In this document: positions 45,540 through 56,261 of the stretch, piece after piece
Layout: each line of letters opens with the position of its first letter
Numbering within the stretch: position 1 is the first letter of the stretch
Assembly: GCA_012735495.1 (NCBI GenBank)
Contig: JAAYHD010000007.1
Coordinates: forward strand, 6,247-70,246
Reading direction: 5' to 3'
DNA from: Clostridiales bacterium
Lineage (GTDB): Bacteria > Bacillota > Clostridia > Lachnospirales > Lachnospiraceae
Length of the DNA: 64,000 nucleotides
Notes under the pieces: model-generated
The model's database searches: none
What the model was told of the DNA's origin: nothing
Seen by the model: the letters and a program-made list of their open reading frames with translations, nothing else
Translations under genes and position numbers: made by a program

Positions 45540-46886
45540 ATGTGGATAAGTATGTACAGGTTGATATCGAAATTATCGGTATACAAGAATCTTGGGGAAG
45601 ACAATCTCATAGTCAAGCTTGCAAACATCATTTACGAGATGGAGTATAAGAAAGAGCATGGTGATTCAAGAAAGCTTGACAAGTTTGAGAGGGCAAAGTT
45701 TGTCTCGGAAATATATTCCGTTATTAACGAACTGTTGGATGTTGCCACAAGGTTCGGGTTCGACCGGAACCTTTGGCAGAATTACATCGCGTTTACATTG
45801 GCCAACATTGAGAGCCCATTTGCCATAACCTGCGAAAAGGTTGGCGCAAGGGAGGGGACGGTTAACCGTTTGGCCAAGGATGATTTTAAGATATTCCATA
45901 AGCTGTTCCATTACGATTTCAGCCTCATTGAAAAGGAGCTTGGCATTGACTGCTTTTCGGTTATCACCGATTACAAGGCGGTTAAGAAAAGCACCGGGAT
46001 GTACAACAGAAGTGTCAGCGACAAGGTCAGGGAGTTAAGCGAAAGTATTGCATCCGCCAAGGATGAGGAAGAGGTCTATGCAATTGTTACGGATTTTTAT
46101 AAGAAGCACGGGGTTGGGATGATAGGGCTTAACAAGGCATTCAGGCTGTCAAGGGAAAGAGGAAGGCTTGAGCTTGTTCCAATTACCAATACCCTTGACG
46201 TAAGGCTTTCCGACCTGGTGGGCTATGAATCGCAGAAGCAGAAGCTGGTGGAGAACACCAGGGCGTTTGTTGAAGGCAAGAAAGCCAACAATGTCCTATT
46301 GTTTGGTGACAGCGGCACGGGCAAATCCACATCCGTAAAGGCAATTTTAAACGAGTATTACGATCAGGGCCTTCGCATGATAGAAATCTACAAGCACCAG
46401 ATTGAGGACCTGCCCGCGGTCATATCGATGATTAAGAACAGGAATTATAAATTCATCATATTCATGGACGACCTTTCATTTGAGGATTTTGAGACGGAAT
46501 ACAAGTATCTCAAGGCTGTCATTGAGGGCGGTCTGGAAATCAAGCCGGACAACGTGCTTATATACGCGACATCCAACCGCAGGCACCTTATTAAGGAGAC
46601 ATGGAGCGACAGGGCCGACATGGAAATGGATACGGACATACACCGGTCCGATACCATGGAGGAGAAGCTGTCCCTTGTGGAGCGGTTCGGAATAACCATT
46701 TTCTATAACTCGCCTTCCCGTAACGAGTACCTTGAAATCGTAAAACAGCTTGCATTAAGATATGGAATTGCCAATTTTTCCGAAGAAGAGCTGTGTGATA
46801 TGGCGATTAAATGGGAACTCAGCCATGGCGGATTGTCGGGACGCACCGCCCAGCAGTTTATTAATTACCTGGCTGGGAAGATGTAA
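45540..46886 (+). CDS. AAA-type ATPase of the DUF815 family
   Basis: Walker A is [12 protein letters not shown] and Walker B-like is [10 protein letters not shown]. The layout resembles DUF815 from memory. The start is uncertain (ATG 45540 or 45552). Confidence 0.7.
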   Translation: MWISMYRLISKLSVYKNLGEDNLIVKLANIIYEMEYKKEHGDSRKLDKFERAKFVSEIYSVINELLDVATRFGFDRNLWQNYIAFTLANIESPFAITCEKVGAREGTVNRLAKDDFKIFHKLFHYDFSLIEKELGIDCFSVITDYKAVKKSTGMYNRSVSDKVRELSESIASAKDEEEVYAIVTDFYKKHGVGMIGLNKAFRLSRERGRLELVPITNTLDVRLSDLVGYESQKQKLVENTRAFVEGKKANNVLLFGDSGTGKSTSVKAILNEYYDQGLRMIEIYKHQIEDLPAVISMIKNRNYKFIIFMDDLSFEDFETEYKYLKAVIEGGLEIKPDNVLIYATSNRRHLIKETWSDRADMEMDTDIHRSDTMEEKLSLVERFGITIFYNSPSRNEYLEIVKQLALRYGIANFSEEELCDMAIKWELSHGGLSGRTAQQFINYLAGKM

Positions 46887-46922
46887 TTTTATTGATTATA
46901 AAGCGCAAGGGAGGAAAGCTCT

Positions 46923-48227
46923 TTGCTTACGCTGATTAAGAACGGATACGTAGTTGATCCGGGTTCGTGCATCGAAGGCAATTATGACATCCTCATAAAA
47001 GGCGGATATATATATAAGGTTATGCCGGGGACAGCTGGGCCTAATGAGGATTTTAAGGCCGACAAGGTTATTGATGCGTCCGGTATGTTTATAATGCCCG
47101 GCCTCATTGATCTTCATGTCCATCTTAGGGAACCCGGATATGAATATAAGGAAACCATACAGACGGGAGCCATGGCGGCTGCAGCCGGAGGGTTTACCAC
47201 CATATGCGCAATGCCCAACACAAAACCGCCGCTCGATTCACCCGGTATGATCCGGCATGTTATTGACAAAGCGGCAAATGCTTTGGTGAACGTCCTTCCC
47301 ATAGGCGCTGTCACCATGGGCCAGGAAGGGAAGGAGCTTACCGATATACCAGGGCTTATAAAGGCAGGAGCCGCAGGCATAAGTGAGGACGGCAAGTCTG
47401 TTATGGACAGCGCTTTGTATGCCAGGGCCATGCTGAAAGCCGCAGAGCTGGATACGGTGGTATTCGCCCATTGTGAAGACAAAAGCCTTGCGGCAGGGGG
47501 CGTGATGAACGCGGGTGAAAAGGCGAAAGAGCTTGGACTTGCGGGCATAAGCAATGCCGCGGAAGATGTCATTGTGGCCAGGGATATAATACTTGCTGGG
47601 GAGACCGGCGCAAGGCTTCATCTATGCCACTGCTCGACCAAAGGAAGCGTAAGGATGCTTAAGCATGCCAAGGAGAGAGGCTTGAAGGTAACGGGGGAAA
47701 CCTGTCCCCATTATTTTACATTATCGGATGAGGATATCCCCGGAGATGACGCAAACTTCAAGATGAATCCTCCGCTTCGAAGCAGGGAGGATGTCAATGC
47801 CATTAAAGAAGCCTTAAGAGATGGTGTGCTTGATGTCATAGCAACCGACCATGCCCCTCATTCTTTTGAGGAAAAGAATAAATCCATGGCGGAAGCGCCG
47901 TTTGGGATAGTGGGGCTTGAGACAGCCCTTCCCATTGCATATACGGAGCTTGTAAGGACGGGAATCTTAAGCCTTAAGCAGATGGTGGAGAAAATGAGCC
48001 TTAACCCCGCAAGAATACTGGGAATAGACAGGGGCAGCATAGGTGAGGGCAAGGCTGCGGACATAGTTATTATGGATCCCGGCAAGGCGTACGCTATAGA
48101 CAAAAGCAAGTTTTATTCCAAGTCGAAAAACACGCCATTTAATGGCAGAAGGGTATACGGTAAAGTCATGTATACCCTGGTATCGGGTCAAATAGTATAT
48201 GAAAGCAAGACAGGGGGACAATCATGA
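46923..48227 (+). CDS. pyrC: dihydroorotase
   Basis: TTG start after GGGAGGAAAG. Motifs include the metal ligands PGLIDLHVHLREPG, HCED, HLCHCST and ATDHAPH. Confidence 0.9.
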   Translation: MLTLIKNGYVVDPGSCIEGNYDILIKGGYIYKVMPGTAGPNEDFKADKVIDASGMFIMPGLIDLHVHLREPGYEYKETIQTGAMAAAAGGFTTICAMPNTKPPLDSPGMIRHVIDKAANALVNVLPIGAVTMGQEGKELTDIPGLIKAGAAGISEDGKSVMDSALYARAMLKAAELDTVVFAHCEDKSLAAGGVMNAGEKAKELGLAGISNAAEDVIVARDIILAGETGARLHLCHCSTKGSVRMLKHAKERGLKVTGETCPHYFTLSDEDIPGDDANFKMNPPLRSREDVNAIKEALRDGVLDVIATDHAPHSFEEKNKSMAEAPFGIVGLETALPIAYTELVRTGILSLKQMVEKMSLNPARILGIDRGSIGEGKAADIVIMDPGKAYAIDKSKFYSKSKNTPFNGRRVYGKVMYTLVSGQIVYESKTGGQS

Positions 48228-49150
48228 TAAACAGGCTGATTGACAGGATAATGGAGTTGGAAGCGCCAATAGTGGTGGGGCTTGATCCCATGCTCTCTTA
48301 TGTGCCGCAGCATATACTGGATGAGGCATACCGCAGCAGGGGAGAAAACCTTGAGGGAGCCTCGGAAGCGATATGGCAATATAATAAGGGAATTATAGAC
48401 GCGATCTGCGACCTGGTTCCCGCGGTTAAGCCGCAGGTTGCCATGTATGAGCAGTTTGGCGTTGAAGGAATGAAGGCTTATGTAAAGACTATAAATTACG
48501 CCAGGGAAAAAGGGCTGATTGTTATAGGCGACGTAAAGAGGGGAGACATAGGTTCGACCTCTGCCGCTTATGCGGCCGGACATCTTGGCAGGATTAACAT
48601 AAACGGCAAGGATTACAGGGGCTTTGATGAGGATTTCATTACGGTAAACCCTTATCTTGGTTCGGACGGCATAATACCGTTCATTGAGGTTTGCAAGCAG
48701 GAAAACAAGGGACTGTTCATCCTTGTAAAGACATCAAATCCCTCCAGCGGAGAGTTCCAGGACAGGCTTGTGGACGGCCGCCCTTTATATGAGCTGGTTG
48801 GAGAGAAGGTTGCAGAATGGGGCGGGCTTTTCATGGGCAAAGAGTACAGCTATATCGGCGCGGTGGTCGGCGCCACTTATCCTGAAGAAGGCAGGACCCT
48901 CCGCAGGCTCATGCCAAAAACCCTGATACTTGTACCGGGCTATGGAGCACAGGGTGGAAAGGCCGAAGACTTAAAGCATTACTTTAGCAAGGATGGTAAA
49001 GGTGCCATCGTTAATTCCTCCAGGGGAATAATTACGGCATACAAGATGCCGCAATACGCAAATTACGGAGAGGCGGCCTATGCAGATGCCGCAAGGCAAG
49101 CCGTCCTCGATATGAAGGAAGACCTGCGCAAGGCATGGAGCAATAAATAA
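48224..49150 (+). CDS. pyrF: orotidine 5'-phosphate decarboxylase (long, type 2 form)
   Basis: It overlaps the pyrC stop by 4 nt (ATGA). Motifs are VVGLDP, AVKPQVAMYE and GDVKRGDIGST. Length is 308 aa. Confidence 0.9.
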   Translation: MINRLIDRIMELEAPIVVGLDPMLSYVPQHILDEAYRSRGENLEGASEAIWQYNKGIIDAICDLVPAVKPQVAMYEQFGVEGMKAYVKTINYAREKGLIVIGDVKRGDIGSTSAAYAAGHLGRININGKDYRGFDEDFITVNPYLGSDGIIPFIEVCKQENKGLFILVKTSNPSSGEFQDRLVDGRPLYELVGEKVAEWGGLFMGKEYSYIGAVVGATYPEEGRTLRRLMPKTLILVPGYGAQGGKAEDLKHYFSKDGKGAIVNSSRGIITAYKMPQYANYGEAAYADAARQAVLDMKEDLRKAWSNK

Positions 49151-49181
49151 TAAATCAACGAGCAATAAACTAAAAGATAAA

Positions 49182-49217
49182 GGAACCTGAAAAATGTATT
49201 AACATTTTTCAGGTTCC
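49182..49217. terminator. 16-bp perfect hairpin shared by the convergent pyrF and ppi genes
   Basis: GGAACCTGAAAAATGT-ATTA-ACATTTTTCAGGTTCC. The right arm covers the stop codon and last codons of the minus-strand ppi gene. Confidence 0.65.
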
Positions 49218-49714
49218 GGATACTCAACACCGAATGTTTCTACAGTAACCTTCTTCATAATCTGCGGCTCAATAGGCTTGTCTGAATAATCGGTCCTGGT
49301 ATTTGCGATTTTGTCCACAACGCTCATCCCTTCGATTATCTTTCCGAATGCCGCATAGGAACCGTCCAGGTGCGGTGCGGCCTTGTGCATGATAAAGAAC
49401 TGTGAACCTGCGGAATCCGGCTGCTGGGTTCTTGCCATTGAGATAACCCCGGCGGTATGCTTAAGGTCGTTTTTAAAATTATTATAAGTAAATTCACCCT
49501 TTATGAAATATCCGGGTCCGCCGGTCCCGTTACCGTTTGGGTCTCCGCCCTGAATCATAAAACCGCGGATAACCCTATGGAATGTCAGTCCGTCATAGAA
49601 GCCCCTTTTAACTAGATGGATGAAATTATTAACCGTGTTTGGAGCAATCTCAGGATATAATTCCAGTTTCATTATATCTCCGTTATGCATTTCAATAGTA
49701 ACTATAGGGTTCAT
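49199..49714 (-). CDS. ppiB: peptidyl-prolyl cis-trans isomerase, cyclophilin type
   Basis: FHRVIRGFMIQGGDP, SMARTQQPDSAGSQFFI. Confidence 0.9.
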   Translation of the reverse strand: MNPIVTIEMHNGDIMKLELYPEIAPNTVNNFIHLVKRGFYDGLTFHRVIRGFMIQGGDPNGNGTGGPGYFIKGEFTYNNFKNDLKHTAGVISMARTQQPDSAGSQFFIMHKAAPHLDGSYAAFGKIIEGMSVVDKIANTRTDYSDKPIEPQIMKKVTVETFGVEYPEPEKC

Positions 49715-49922
49715 TTCCGTTATCTATGTCCTTTCTGGTTGATTTATAGTCGGTACTTGACGTATCGGTGGTAACTATAACATAATCTGAAGATTAATGT
49801 CAAGTTATTATCTAGTGTTTCCGAAATATGTACTAATTATTGAAACAAATGGATTGCATTTTAAATCCAATTCTTATATAGTTAATTAAGGCTGATATGG
49901 ATGAGGAGGAAAATATGCGCCT

Positions 49923-50843
49923 ATGGATGAGATTATTAAGGTTAAGGGGCTGTCGAAGAGCTTTGGAGAAATAAAAGCGGTAGACAATATAAGCTTTTCT
50001 GTGCGGAAAGGCGAACTGTTCGGTTACCTGGGCGTAAACGGGGCGGGCAAATCGACAACCATAAACATGCTGTGTACCCTTTATTCACCCGATGAAGGCG
50101 AAGTGGAGATATGCGGGTTTATGCTGGGCAGGGATAACAATGCCATCCGCTCAAAGCTCGGAGTGGTATTTCAAAACAATACCCTGGATGCTCTGCTTAC
50201 CGTAAGGCAGAACCTGTTAAGCAGGGCTTACCTGTATGAAAAGGATGCGGGGGTTGTTAAAAAGAACCTGGAAATGGTATGCGATACGCTGGACATCGGA
50301 GATCTGCTGGACAGGCAGTACCGAATGCTTTCAGGCGGGCAGAAAAGGCGCTGTGAGATAGCCAGGGCGATTATGAACCGCCCGGAGATACTGTTTCTTG
50401 ACGAACCAACCACAGGCCTGGACCCCCAGAGCAGGCGAATGGTCTGGAGAAGTGTGGAAAGGCTTCGCAGGGAGCATAACATGACCATATTCCTGACCAC
50501 CCATTATATGGAAGAAGCGGCAAGGGCCCAGAATGCAGCCATTATTGACAGCGGAAGGATTGTGGCTTACGGCACACCGTCAGGCCTTAAGGAAACCTAT
50601 GCCTCGGACCGGATCAGGGTATTTGCCGAAAGCTATGAAATGGTTATAAAAATAGCTGAAAAACACGGCTTATCATATAAGGAGAGAAGCAATCACATAT
50701 CGATATATGTCCCCGATACCAAGTCGGCCATACCGGTTCTCAATGACCTTTCACCTCACATAAATTCATATGAGGTAGTTCAGGGAACAATGGATGACGT
50801 ATTCCTTAATATTACGGGAAAGCAGCTCGAACAGGCTGTTTAA
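49923..50843 (+). CDS. ABC transporter ATP-binding protein (DrrA/ABC-2 type)
   Basis: Walker A is GVNGAGKST, the signature is LSGGQKRR, and Walker B is ILFLDEPTTGLD. Confidence 0.9.
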   Translation: MDEIIKVKGLSKSFGEIKAVDNISFSVRKGELFGYLGVNGAGKSTTINMLCTLYSPDEGEVEICGFMLGRDNNAIRSKLGVVFQNNTLDALLTVRQNLLSRAYLYEKDAGVVKKNLEMVCDTLDIGDLLDRQYRMLSGGQKRRCEIARAIMNRPEILFLDEPTTGLDPQSRRMVWRSVERLRREHNMTIFLTTHYMEEAARAQNAAIIDSGRIVAYGTPSGLKETYASDRIRVFAESYEMVIKIAEKHGLSYKERSNHISIYVPDTKSAIPVLNDLSPHINSYEVVQGTMDDVFLNITGKQLEQAV

Positions 50844-50880
50844 AACATATGCGGGGCTTTTCGGAATGGGGAGCAAGAAA

Positions 50881-51840
50881 ATGAAAGCGTTAAATGCAAT
50901 TATTAAAAGGAATATACTTGTATACTGCAAGGACAAGGAAAATGTATTCTACACATTCATGTCCATGCTTATTATCATAACGCTTATGATCGTTTTCCTG
51001 GGAGACATGAATGTTGACATGGTCAAGGATGTCATAAGAAAAATGGAGGAGTTAATGCGGGAAACCGCCATTCCTGCCGAGTACCTGGTACCGGGTGTAA
51101 GGAACCCGGAACTGGATAATGAAAATGCCCGTGAACTGGTATTTTTAATGATTATTGCGGGAATAACCATTGTTAACGGCATATCGGCTTCCATGGGAAT
51201 GCTCAGCATGCTGAGCTGGGATGAAGAGAGCGGAAGGCTTGCGGCATATTATGTGGCTCCAATATCCCGGTTTGCGCTGGTGTCCGGATACGTGGTTTCG
51301 GCCATTTGCCTCAGCATAATTTTCAGCGTTGTAACCGTAGTCGTCTCGGAGATAATAGTGGTTATTACCGGAGGGGCTCTCATTACCCCGATTATGGCTT
51401 TGAAGGTGCTCGGCCTTATTGTGCTGAATGCATTTTCAACCACCGCGTTCCTGTTCTTTATAACAAGCATGGCAAGAACAAGGAGCGCATACTCCGGAAT
51501 ATCCACCTTTGTATATACATTGTCGGGATTCATCACGGGCATGTATGTTCCTATCGGGATAATGCCCGAATTTGTAGGAAGAATCCTTGCTTTCATACCC
51601 ATGTCCCAGGGTAGCGCGTGGATGCGCAGGATATTTATGAATGATGCTTTGCATAAGGCATTTGCCGGTCTTCCGAAGGACGCCATATCCAAGTATGCGG
51701 AAGCAACCGGAATGGAGCTAAAAATCGGCAATACGGCACCTTCTCCATGGATGCAGTTTGTGCTCATGTTTGGCAGCGGCGTGCTGTTCATGATTTTATC
51801 CTCGGCAATGATGAGCAAGAAGAATGTAAGGGACAGGTAA
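50881..51840 (+). CDS. ABC-2 type transporter permease
   Basis: There are about 6 hydrophobic segments with a large loop after TM1. GGGGAG lies upstream of the ATG at 50881. The track start at 50794 overlaps the ATPase gene. Confidence 0.75.
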   Translation: MKALNAIIKRNILVYCKDKENVFYTFMSMLIIITLMIVFLGDMNVDMVKDVIRKMEELMRETAIPAEYLVPGVRNPELDNENARELVFLMIIAGITIVNGISASMGMLSMLSWDEESGRLAAYYVAPISRFALVSGYVVSAICLSIIFSVVTVVVSEIIVVITGGALITPIMALKVLGLIVLNAFSTTAFLFFITSMARTRSAYSGISTFVYTLSGFITGMYVPIGIMPEFVGRILAFIPMSQGSAWMRRIFMNDALHKAFAGLPKDAISKYAEATGMELKIGNTAPSPWMQFVLMFGSGVLFMILSSAMMSKKNVRDR

Positions 51841-51959
51841 CCGCAAGCCAAACTTGTATTTTGGATGCTTACTGGTTTATAATTGAGTTGTTTTAATTCG
51901 GCATTTATTACAAAGCCTCAAAACACAAAATGCGATGAATGACAAGGAAGGGATTGCAC

Positions 51960-52364
51960 ATGAGCAAGGTATATACCTTTAACGTAAGGACTCAGCAAGC
52001 CACCGCAATGATTGACATAACAAGGCAGGTTCAGGAGGCGGTGTCGGAGAGCAAGGTTGAAAACGGAATCTGCGTAGTGTTCATACCCCATACCACGGCG
52101 GCGATTACCATTAATGAAAATGCCGATCCGGATGTCGTGAGGGATTTTCTTATGGAAATAAACAAGGTGATACCGTTTTCGGACGGTTACCATCATATAG
52201 AGGGCAACTCTGCGGCCCATATCAAATCGAGCCTCATGGGATTTTCGGAAACCGTTATAATTGAAAACGGAAGGCTCCTGCTTGGAACATGGCAGGGCAT
52301 ATATCTTACGGAGTTTGACGGGCCGAGGACACGAAAGGTTCATGTAAAAATTATTGAGGGTTAG
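51960..52364 (+). CDS. yjbQ: YjbQ/UPF0047 family protein (secondary thiamine-phosphate synthase type)
   Basis: ...ITRQVQEAVSESKVENGICVVFIPHTTAAITINENADPDV...GNSAAHIKSSLMG...LGTWQGIYL.EFDGPR.R.V. Confidence 0.8.
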   Translation: MSKVYTFNVRTQQATAMIDITRQVQEAVSESKVENGICVVFIPHTTAAITINENADPDVVRDFLMEINKVIPFSDGYHHIEGNSAAHIKSSLMGFSETVIIENGRLLLGTWQGIYLTEFDGPRTRKVHVKIIEG

Positions 52365-52413
52365 GATTTAACATATGCAGAAATGAAACTCAATCAACCG
52401 GAAGGAGACCGCA

Positions 52414-53181
52414 ATGTCTGCTGCTGTAAAGAAAAGCGTTAGGATATTGGCAAATATAAGGCTTGAAGAAGGAATATACGACATGCTTCTTGAAGCCGGC
52501 AAGATGGCCGAAGCCGCCAAGCCCGGACAGTTCATATCCCTTTACTGCAAAAGGGAAGGCAGGCTGCTTCCAAGGCCGATCAGCATATGTGAAACAGATA
52601 AGGAAAAAGGAAGAATCCGCCTTGTATACCGGGTGGCAGGAAAGGGTACCAAAGAGTTTTCCGAATTAAGAGCCGGGGATGAGATAGAATGCATCGGCCC
52701 ATTGGGCAACGGCTTTGCCTTGGAAGGGGCCAGGGCCCTGATAATCGGAGGGGGAATAGGCATCCCTCCCCTGCTGGAGCTTGCTAAGCAGCTGAAATGT
52801 GATAAGAAAATAATACTTGGTTACAGGGATGTTACATTCCTGGATAAGGATTTTGAAGGCTTCGGAGAAGTATATATCGCTGCGGAGGACGGAAGCGCAG
52901 GGATTAAGGGCAACGTCATGGATGTCGTCAAGGCGTATGATTTTCCTGCCGACATCATATATGCCTGCGGCCCGGCGCCAATGCTTAAGGCTGTCAAGGA
53001 GTATGCGGAATCAAGGAACATAAAGGCACAGCTTTCCCTTGAGGAACGGATGGCATGCGGTATCGGCGCGTGTCTCGCCTGTGTTTGCAGATCGGTGGAG
53101 ACGGATCACCATCTGAATGTGCGCAGCAAAAGGGTTTGCAAGGAAGGCCCTGTGTTTTACGCGGATGAAATTATATTATAG
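52414..53181 (+). CDS. pyrK: dihydroorotate dehydrogenase B, electron-transfer subunit
   Basis: RPISIC is the FAD-binding motif. GGGIGIPP is the nucleotide-binding motif. The 2Fe-2S ligands are MACGIGACLACVC...CKEGPVF. Confidence 0.9.
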   Translation: MSAAVKKSVRILANIRLEEGIYDMLLEAGKMAEAAKPGQFISLYCKREGRLLPRPISICETDKEKGRIRLVYRVAGKGTKEFSELRAGDEIECIGPLGNGFALEGARALIIGGGIGIPPLLELAKQLKCDKKIILGYRDVTFLDKDFEGFGEVYIAAEDGSAGIKGNVMDVVKAYDFPADIIYACGPAPMLKAVKEYAESRNIKAQLSLEERMACGIGACLACVCRSVETDHHLNVRSKRVCKEGPVFYADEIIL

Positions 53182-53345
53182 ATTGGTATGAAATATATGT
53201 CATAGATTTATACGGGCATAATATCGGAATTAATGCAGCATTTACTAAAGCGGCATTAATAGCAAAAAAACCGGTTATATTCCCCTGTTAAACTTGATGA
53301 CGGGGATGGGTAATTGTACATAATTTCGAATAACGGAGATATGAA

Positions 53346-54266
53346 ATGGACGAAAGGAACAAGCTTAAAACGGAAGTAACCATAGCCGGCATAACCTTTA
53401 AGAATCCGGTTACAACGGCTTCGGGAACCTTCGGGTCCGGCATGGAATATTGCGAATATGTGAACCTGTCAAGGCTCGGGGCGGTCACCACAAAGGGCGT
53501 TTCCCTGACTCCATGGGAAGGTAATCCCACGCCAAGGGTGGCGGAAACCTATGGCGGTATGCTGAATGCCATCGGGCTTCAGAATCCCGGAATCGATGTG
53601 TTCATAAAGCGCGACCTGCCGTTCCTGAGGTCGTTTGATACCAGGATAATCGTCAACGTAATAGGCAAAACCGCCGAGGAATACTGTGAGGTGGCGGAAA
53701 GGCTTTCCGAATGCGATGTGGACATGCTTGAGATAAACATATCCTGCCCTAATGTCAAGGAAGGTGGCATAGCCTTCGGCCAGGATCCGGCCCGGGTTGA
53801 GGCGATAACATCGCAGGTAAAGAAGCATTCCAAAAAGCCGATAATTATAAAGCTCAGCCCGAATGTTACGGATATTTCCGAGACAGCAAGGGCGGCGGAA
53901 GCGGGAGGGGCGGATGCCGTTTCCCTTATAAATACGATTACAGGCATGAAGATAGATATTGAAAGAATGACCTTTCTTCTTGCCAATAAAACGGGCGGCC
54001 TGTCGGGCCCAGCCATAAAACCGATAGCCGTAAGGATGGTTTATCAGGCGGCCAATGCCGTAAAGATACCCGTAATAGGGATGGGCGGAATTATGGACGG
54101 TGATGATGCCCTGGAATTCATAATGGCGGGAGCGACAATGGTTGCCGTCGGAACAGCTAATTTCCTCAATCCGAAGGCCACGGAAGAGGTTATTGAAGGT
54201 ATTGAGGCATACATGGCCAGGAAGAATATAAGGGACATAAATGAATTAATCGGATGCGTCAGATGA
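53346..54266 (+). CDS. pyrD: dihydroorotate dehydrogenase B, catalytic subunit
   Basis: FKNPV..ASGTFG, NISCPNVK with the catalytic Cys, GGLSGPAIKP, and GMGGI..G.DALEF. Confidence 0.9.
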   Translation: MDERNKLKTEVTIAGITFKNPVTTASGTFGSGMEYCEYVNLSRLGAVTTKGVSLTPWEGNPTPRVAETYGGMLNAIGLQNPGIDVFIKRDLPFLRSFDTRIIVNVIGKTAEEYCEVAERLSECDVDMLEINISCPNVKEGGIAFGQDPARVEAITSQVKKHSKKPIIIKLSPNVTDISETARAAEAGGADAVSLINTITGMKIDIERMTFLLANKTGGLSGPAIKPIAVRMVYQAANAVKIPVIGMGGIMDGDDALEFIMAGATMVAVGTANFLNPKATEEVIEGIEAYMARKNIRDINELIGCVR

Positions 54267-54281
54267 TTTGCGGAGGTAAGT

Positions 54282-54980
54282 ATGGAACAATATAAAAAGG
54301 ATTTCATTGAATTCATGGTTGACTGCGGTGTGCTGAAATTCGGGGATTTTATAACCAAAAGCGGAAGAAGGACCCCGTTTTTTATAAATACCGGCTTTTA
54401 TAGGACGGGCTCACAGCTTCGCAGGCTGGGTGAATATTACGCAAGGGCTATTGTAGATAAATTCGGGACGGATTTTGATGTATTGTTCGGGCCGGCATAC
54501 AAGGGAATCCCGTTAAGCGTTGCCGCGGCCATGGCGTTAAGCGAGCATTTTAACAAGGAAGTCAGGTACTGCTCTAACCGCAAGGAAGCAAAGGATCACG
54601 GCGAGACCGGCATTCTTCTGGGATCCCCGATAAATGACGGGGACAGGATTATTATTATCGAGGATGTAACCACAGCCGGCACATCAATCAGGGAAACCAT
54701 GCCGATTATACAGGCGCAGGCCGGCGGCGGTTCCAAGGGTGTTGAAATTCTCGGCCTGGTTGTTTCCGTGGACAGGATGGAGAGAGCCCAGGGCTCCGTC
54801 AGCGCGCTTAAGGAACTCGAAGAAACCTATAATTTCAAAACCGCTGCCATCGTGACTATGAACGAGGTGGTCGAGCATCTTTGCAACAAGCCGTACAAAG
54901 GGAAAATCATTATAGACGATGAACTGAAGAAACAGATAGATGAGTATTACAAGCTGTATGGTCCTGAAAAATTTAATTAA
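54282..54980 (+). CDS. pyrE: orotate phosphoribosyltransferase
   Basis: FGDFITKSGRRTPFFIN is present. The PRPP loop is IIIEDVTTAGTS. Confidence 0.9.
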   Translation: MEQYKKDFIEFMVDCGVLKFGDFITKSGRRTPFFINTGFYRTGSQLRRLGEYYARAIVDKFGTDFDVLFGPAYKGIPLSVAAAMALSEHFNKEVRYCSNRKEAKDHGETGILLGSPINDGDRIIIIEDVTTAGTSIRETMPIIQAQAGGGSKGVEILGLVVSVDRMERAQGSVSALKELEETYNFKTAAIVTMNEVVEHLCNKPYKGKIIIDDELKKQIDEYYKLYGPEKFN

Positions 54981-54993
54981 GGAGGATGCAATC

Positions 54994-55146
54994 ATGATGG
55001 AGAAAATCTATAATACGATGAAATCCGTTGGCGTCTGGAACCTTGTTCTTGGTATCCTGCTGATATGTTTAGGCCTGGTGACGGGGATATTTCTTATTGT
55101 TAACGGGGGAAAACTGTTAAGGAAGAAATCCGACTTATTATTTTAA
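54994..55146 (+). CDS. small (about 50 aa) single-TM membrane protein, unknown function
   Basis: AAGGAGG lies 6 nt before the ATG at 54994. The hydrophobic core is [23 protein letters not shown]. Coding status is not proven. Confidence 0.4.
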   Translation: MMEKIYNTMKSVGVWNLVLGILLICLGLVTGIFLIVNGGKLLRKKSDLLF

Positions 55147-55160
55147 CACGAGGACTCAAA

Positions 55161-56219
55161 ATGAAAACACAGGATTTTTATTATGACCTGCCGCAGGAGC
55201 TTATTGCCCAGGACCCACTGCCGGACAGGGCGGACTCACGGCTCCTTGTTTTAAACAGGTATACGGGCGAATATGAGCACAGAAAATTCAGGCACATCGT
55301 ATCATATCTTAAGAAGGGCGATTGCCTGGTGCTGAACAACACCAAGGTCATACCGGCCCGGTTGATAGGCGAAAAAGTATACGGACGCGACGATGCGGAA
55401 GCGGACGAGGGGATTCACGGCGCAAAAATTGAGATTCTGCTGCTTAAGAGAAAAGAAAATGATATATGGGAAACCCTGGTAAAGCCGGGGAAAAAGGCAA
55501 AACCAGGCACAAGGATATCCTTCGGAAACGGCCTGCTGTACGGGGAAATCCTTGATATAGTGGATGAAGGTAACCGGCTGGTTAAGTTCACATATGAGGG
55601 AATATTTGAGGAGATACTTGACAGGCTTGGCCAGATGCCCCTGCCTCCTTATATTACCCACGAGCTGACCGACAAGAACAGGTATCAGACGGTCTATGCC
55701 AAGTATGAAGGCTCGGCCGCCGCTCCGACGGCGGGGCTGCATTTTACCACGGAGCTGCTGGATGAAATACGGTCCAGGGGCGTAAATATTGCATATGTTA
55801 CCCTGCATGTGGGACTGGGCACATTTCGTCCAGTGAAGGTGGAAAATATCCAGGAGCATCATATGCATTCGGAATACTACCAGGTGCTGCAGGAGGAGGC
55901 GGACAAGATGAACGCCGCAAGGGCCGCCGGCGGCAGGCTGATATGTGTCGGAACCACCAGCTGCCGCACCGTTGAGACCTCCTGTGATGAGTACGGCCGG
56001 GTGCTTGCCGGAAGCGGCGATACTTCCATATTCATATACCCGGGCTACCGTTTCAAGGTGATGGACGGTTTGATAACCAATTTCCATCTGCCCGAGTCCA
56101 CGCTCCTTATGCTTGTATCGGCATTCGCGGGGCGGGAGCACATTCTTGCGGCATACGAGGAGGCTATAAGGGAGCGTTACCGTTTCTTCAGCTTTGGTGA
56201 TGCGATGCTGATTATATAA
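55161..56219 (+). CDS. queA: S-adenosylmethionine:tRNA ribosyltransferase-isomerase
   Basis: The start is [26 protein letters not shown]. Further motifs are [20 protein letters not shown] and [12 protein letters not shown]. Confidence 0.95.
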   Translation: MKTQDFYYDLPQELIAQDPLPDRADSRLLVLNRYTGEYEHRKFRHIVSYLKKGDCLVLNNTKVIPARLIGEKVYGRDDAEADEGIHGAKIEILLLKRKENDIWETLVKPGKKAKPGTRISFGNGLLYGEILDIVDEGNRLVKFTYEGIFEEILDRLGQMPLPPYITHELTDKNRYQTVYAKYEGSAAAPTAGLHFTTELLDEIRSRGVNIAYVTLHVGLGTFRPVKVENIQEHHMHSEYYQVLQEEADKMNAARAAGGRLICVGTTSCRTVETSCDEYGRVLAGSGDTSIFIYPGYRFKVMDGLITNFHLPESTLLMLVSAFAGREHILAAYEEAIRERYRFFSFGDAMLII

Positions 56220-56231
56220 GCGAAAATGGTA

Positions 56232-56260
56232 TTGACTTTTCCATTTTTGTCAGTTAATAT
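56232..56260 (+). promoter_or_regulatory. promoter of the pheST leader (TTGACT - 17 nt - TAATAT)
   Basis: Hexamers are at 56232-56237 and 56255-56260. Confidence 0.5.
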
Positions 56261-56261
56261 A

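Noticed and set aside
45541-45549. A perfect DnaA-box 9-mer, TGTGGATAA.
   Set aside because: It is a single copy inside or at the start of a coding region. No cluster, AT-rich unwinding element or dnaA/dnaN is nearby. About one chance occurrence is expected in a window of this size.
49897-49974. A 25-codon upstream ORF (MDEEENMRLWMRLLRLRGCRRALEK) overlapping the ABC ATPase start. Its second ATG at 49915 is ideally spaced from the GAGGAGGA at 49903-49910.
   Set aside because: It could be a leader peptide. However, it overlaps the start of an obviously genuine ATPase reading frame (MDEIIKVKGLSKSFGE...), and the same RBS can serve the ATG at 49923 at 12-nt spacing. There is no attenuator structure nearby, and the evidence is insufficient.
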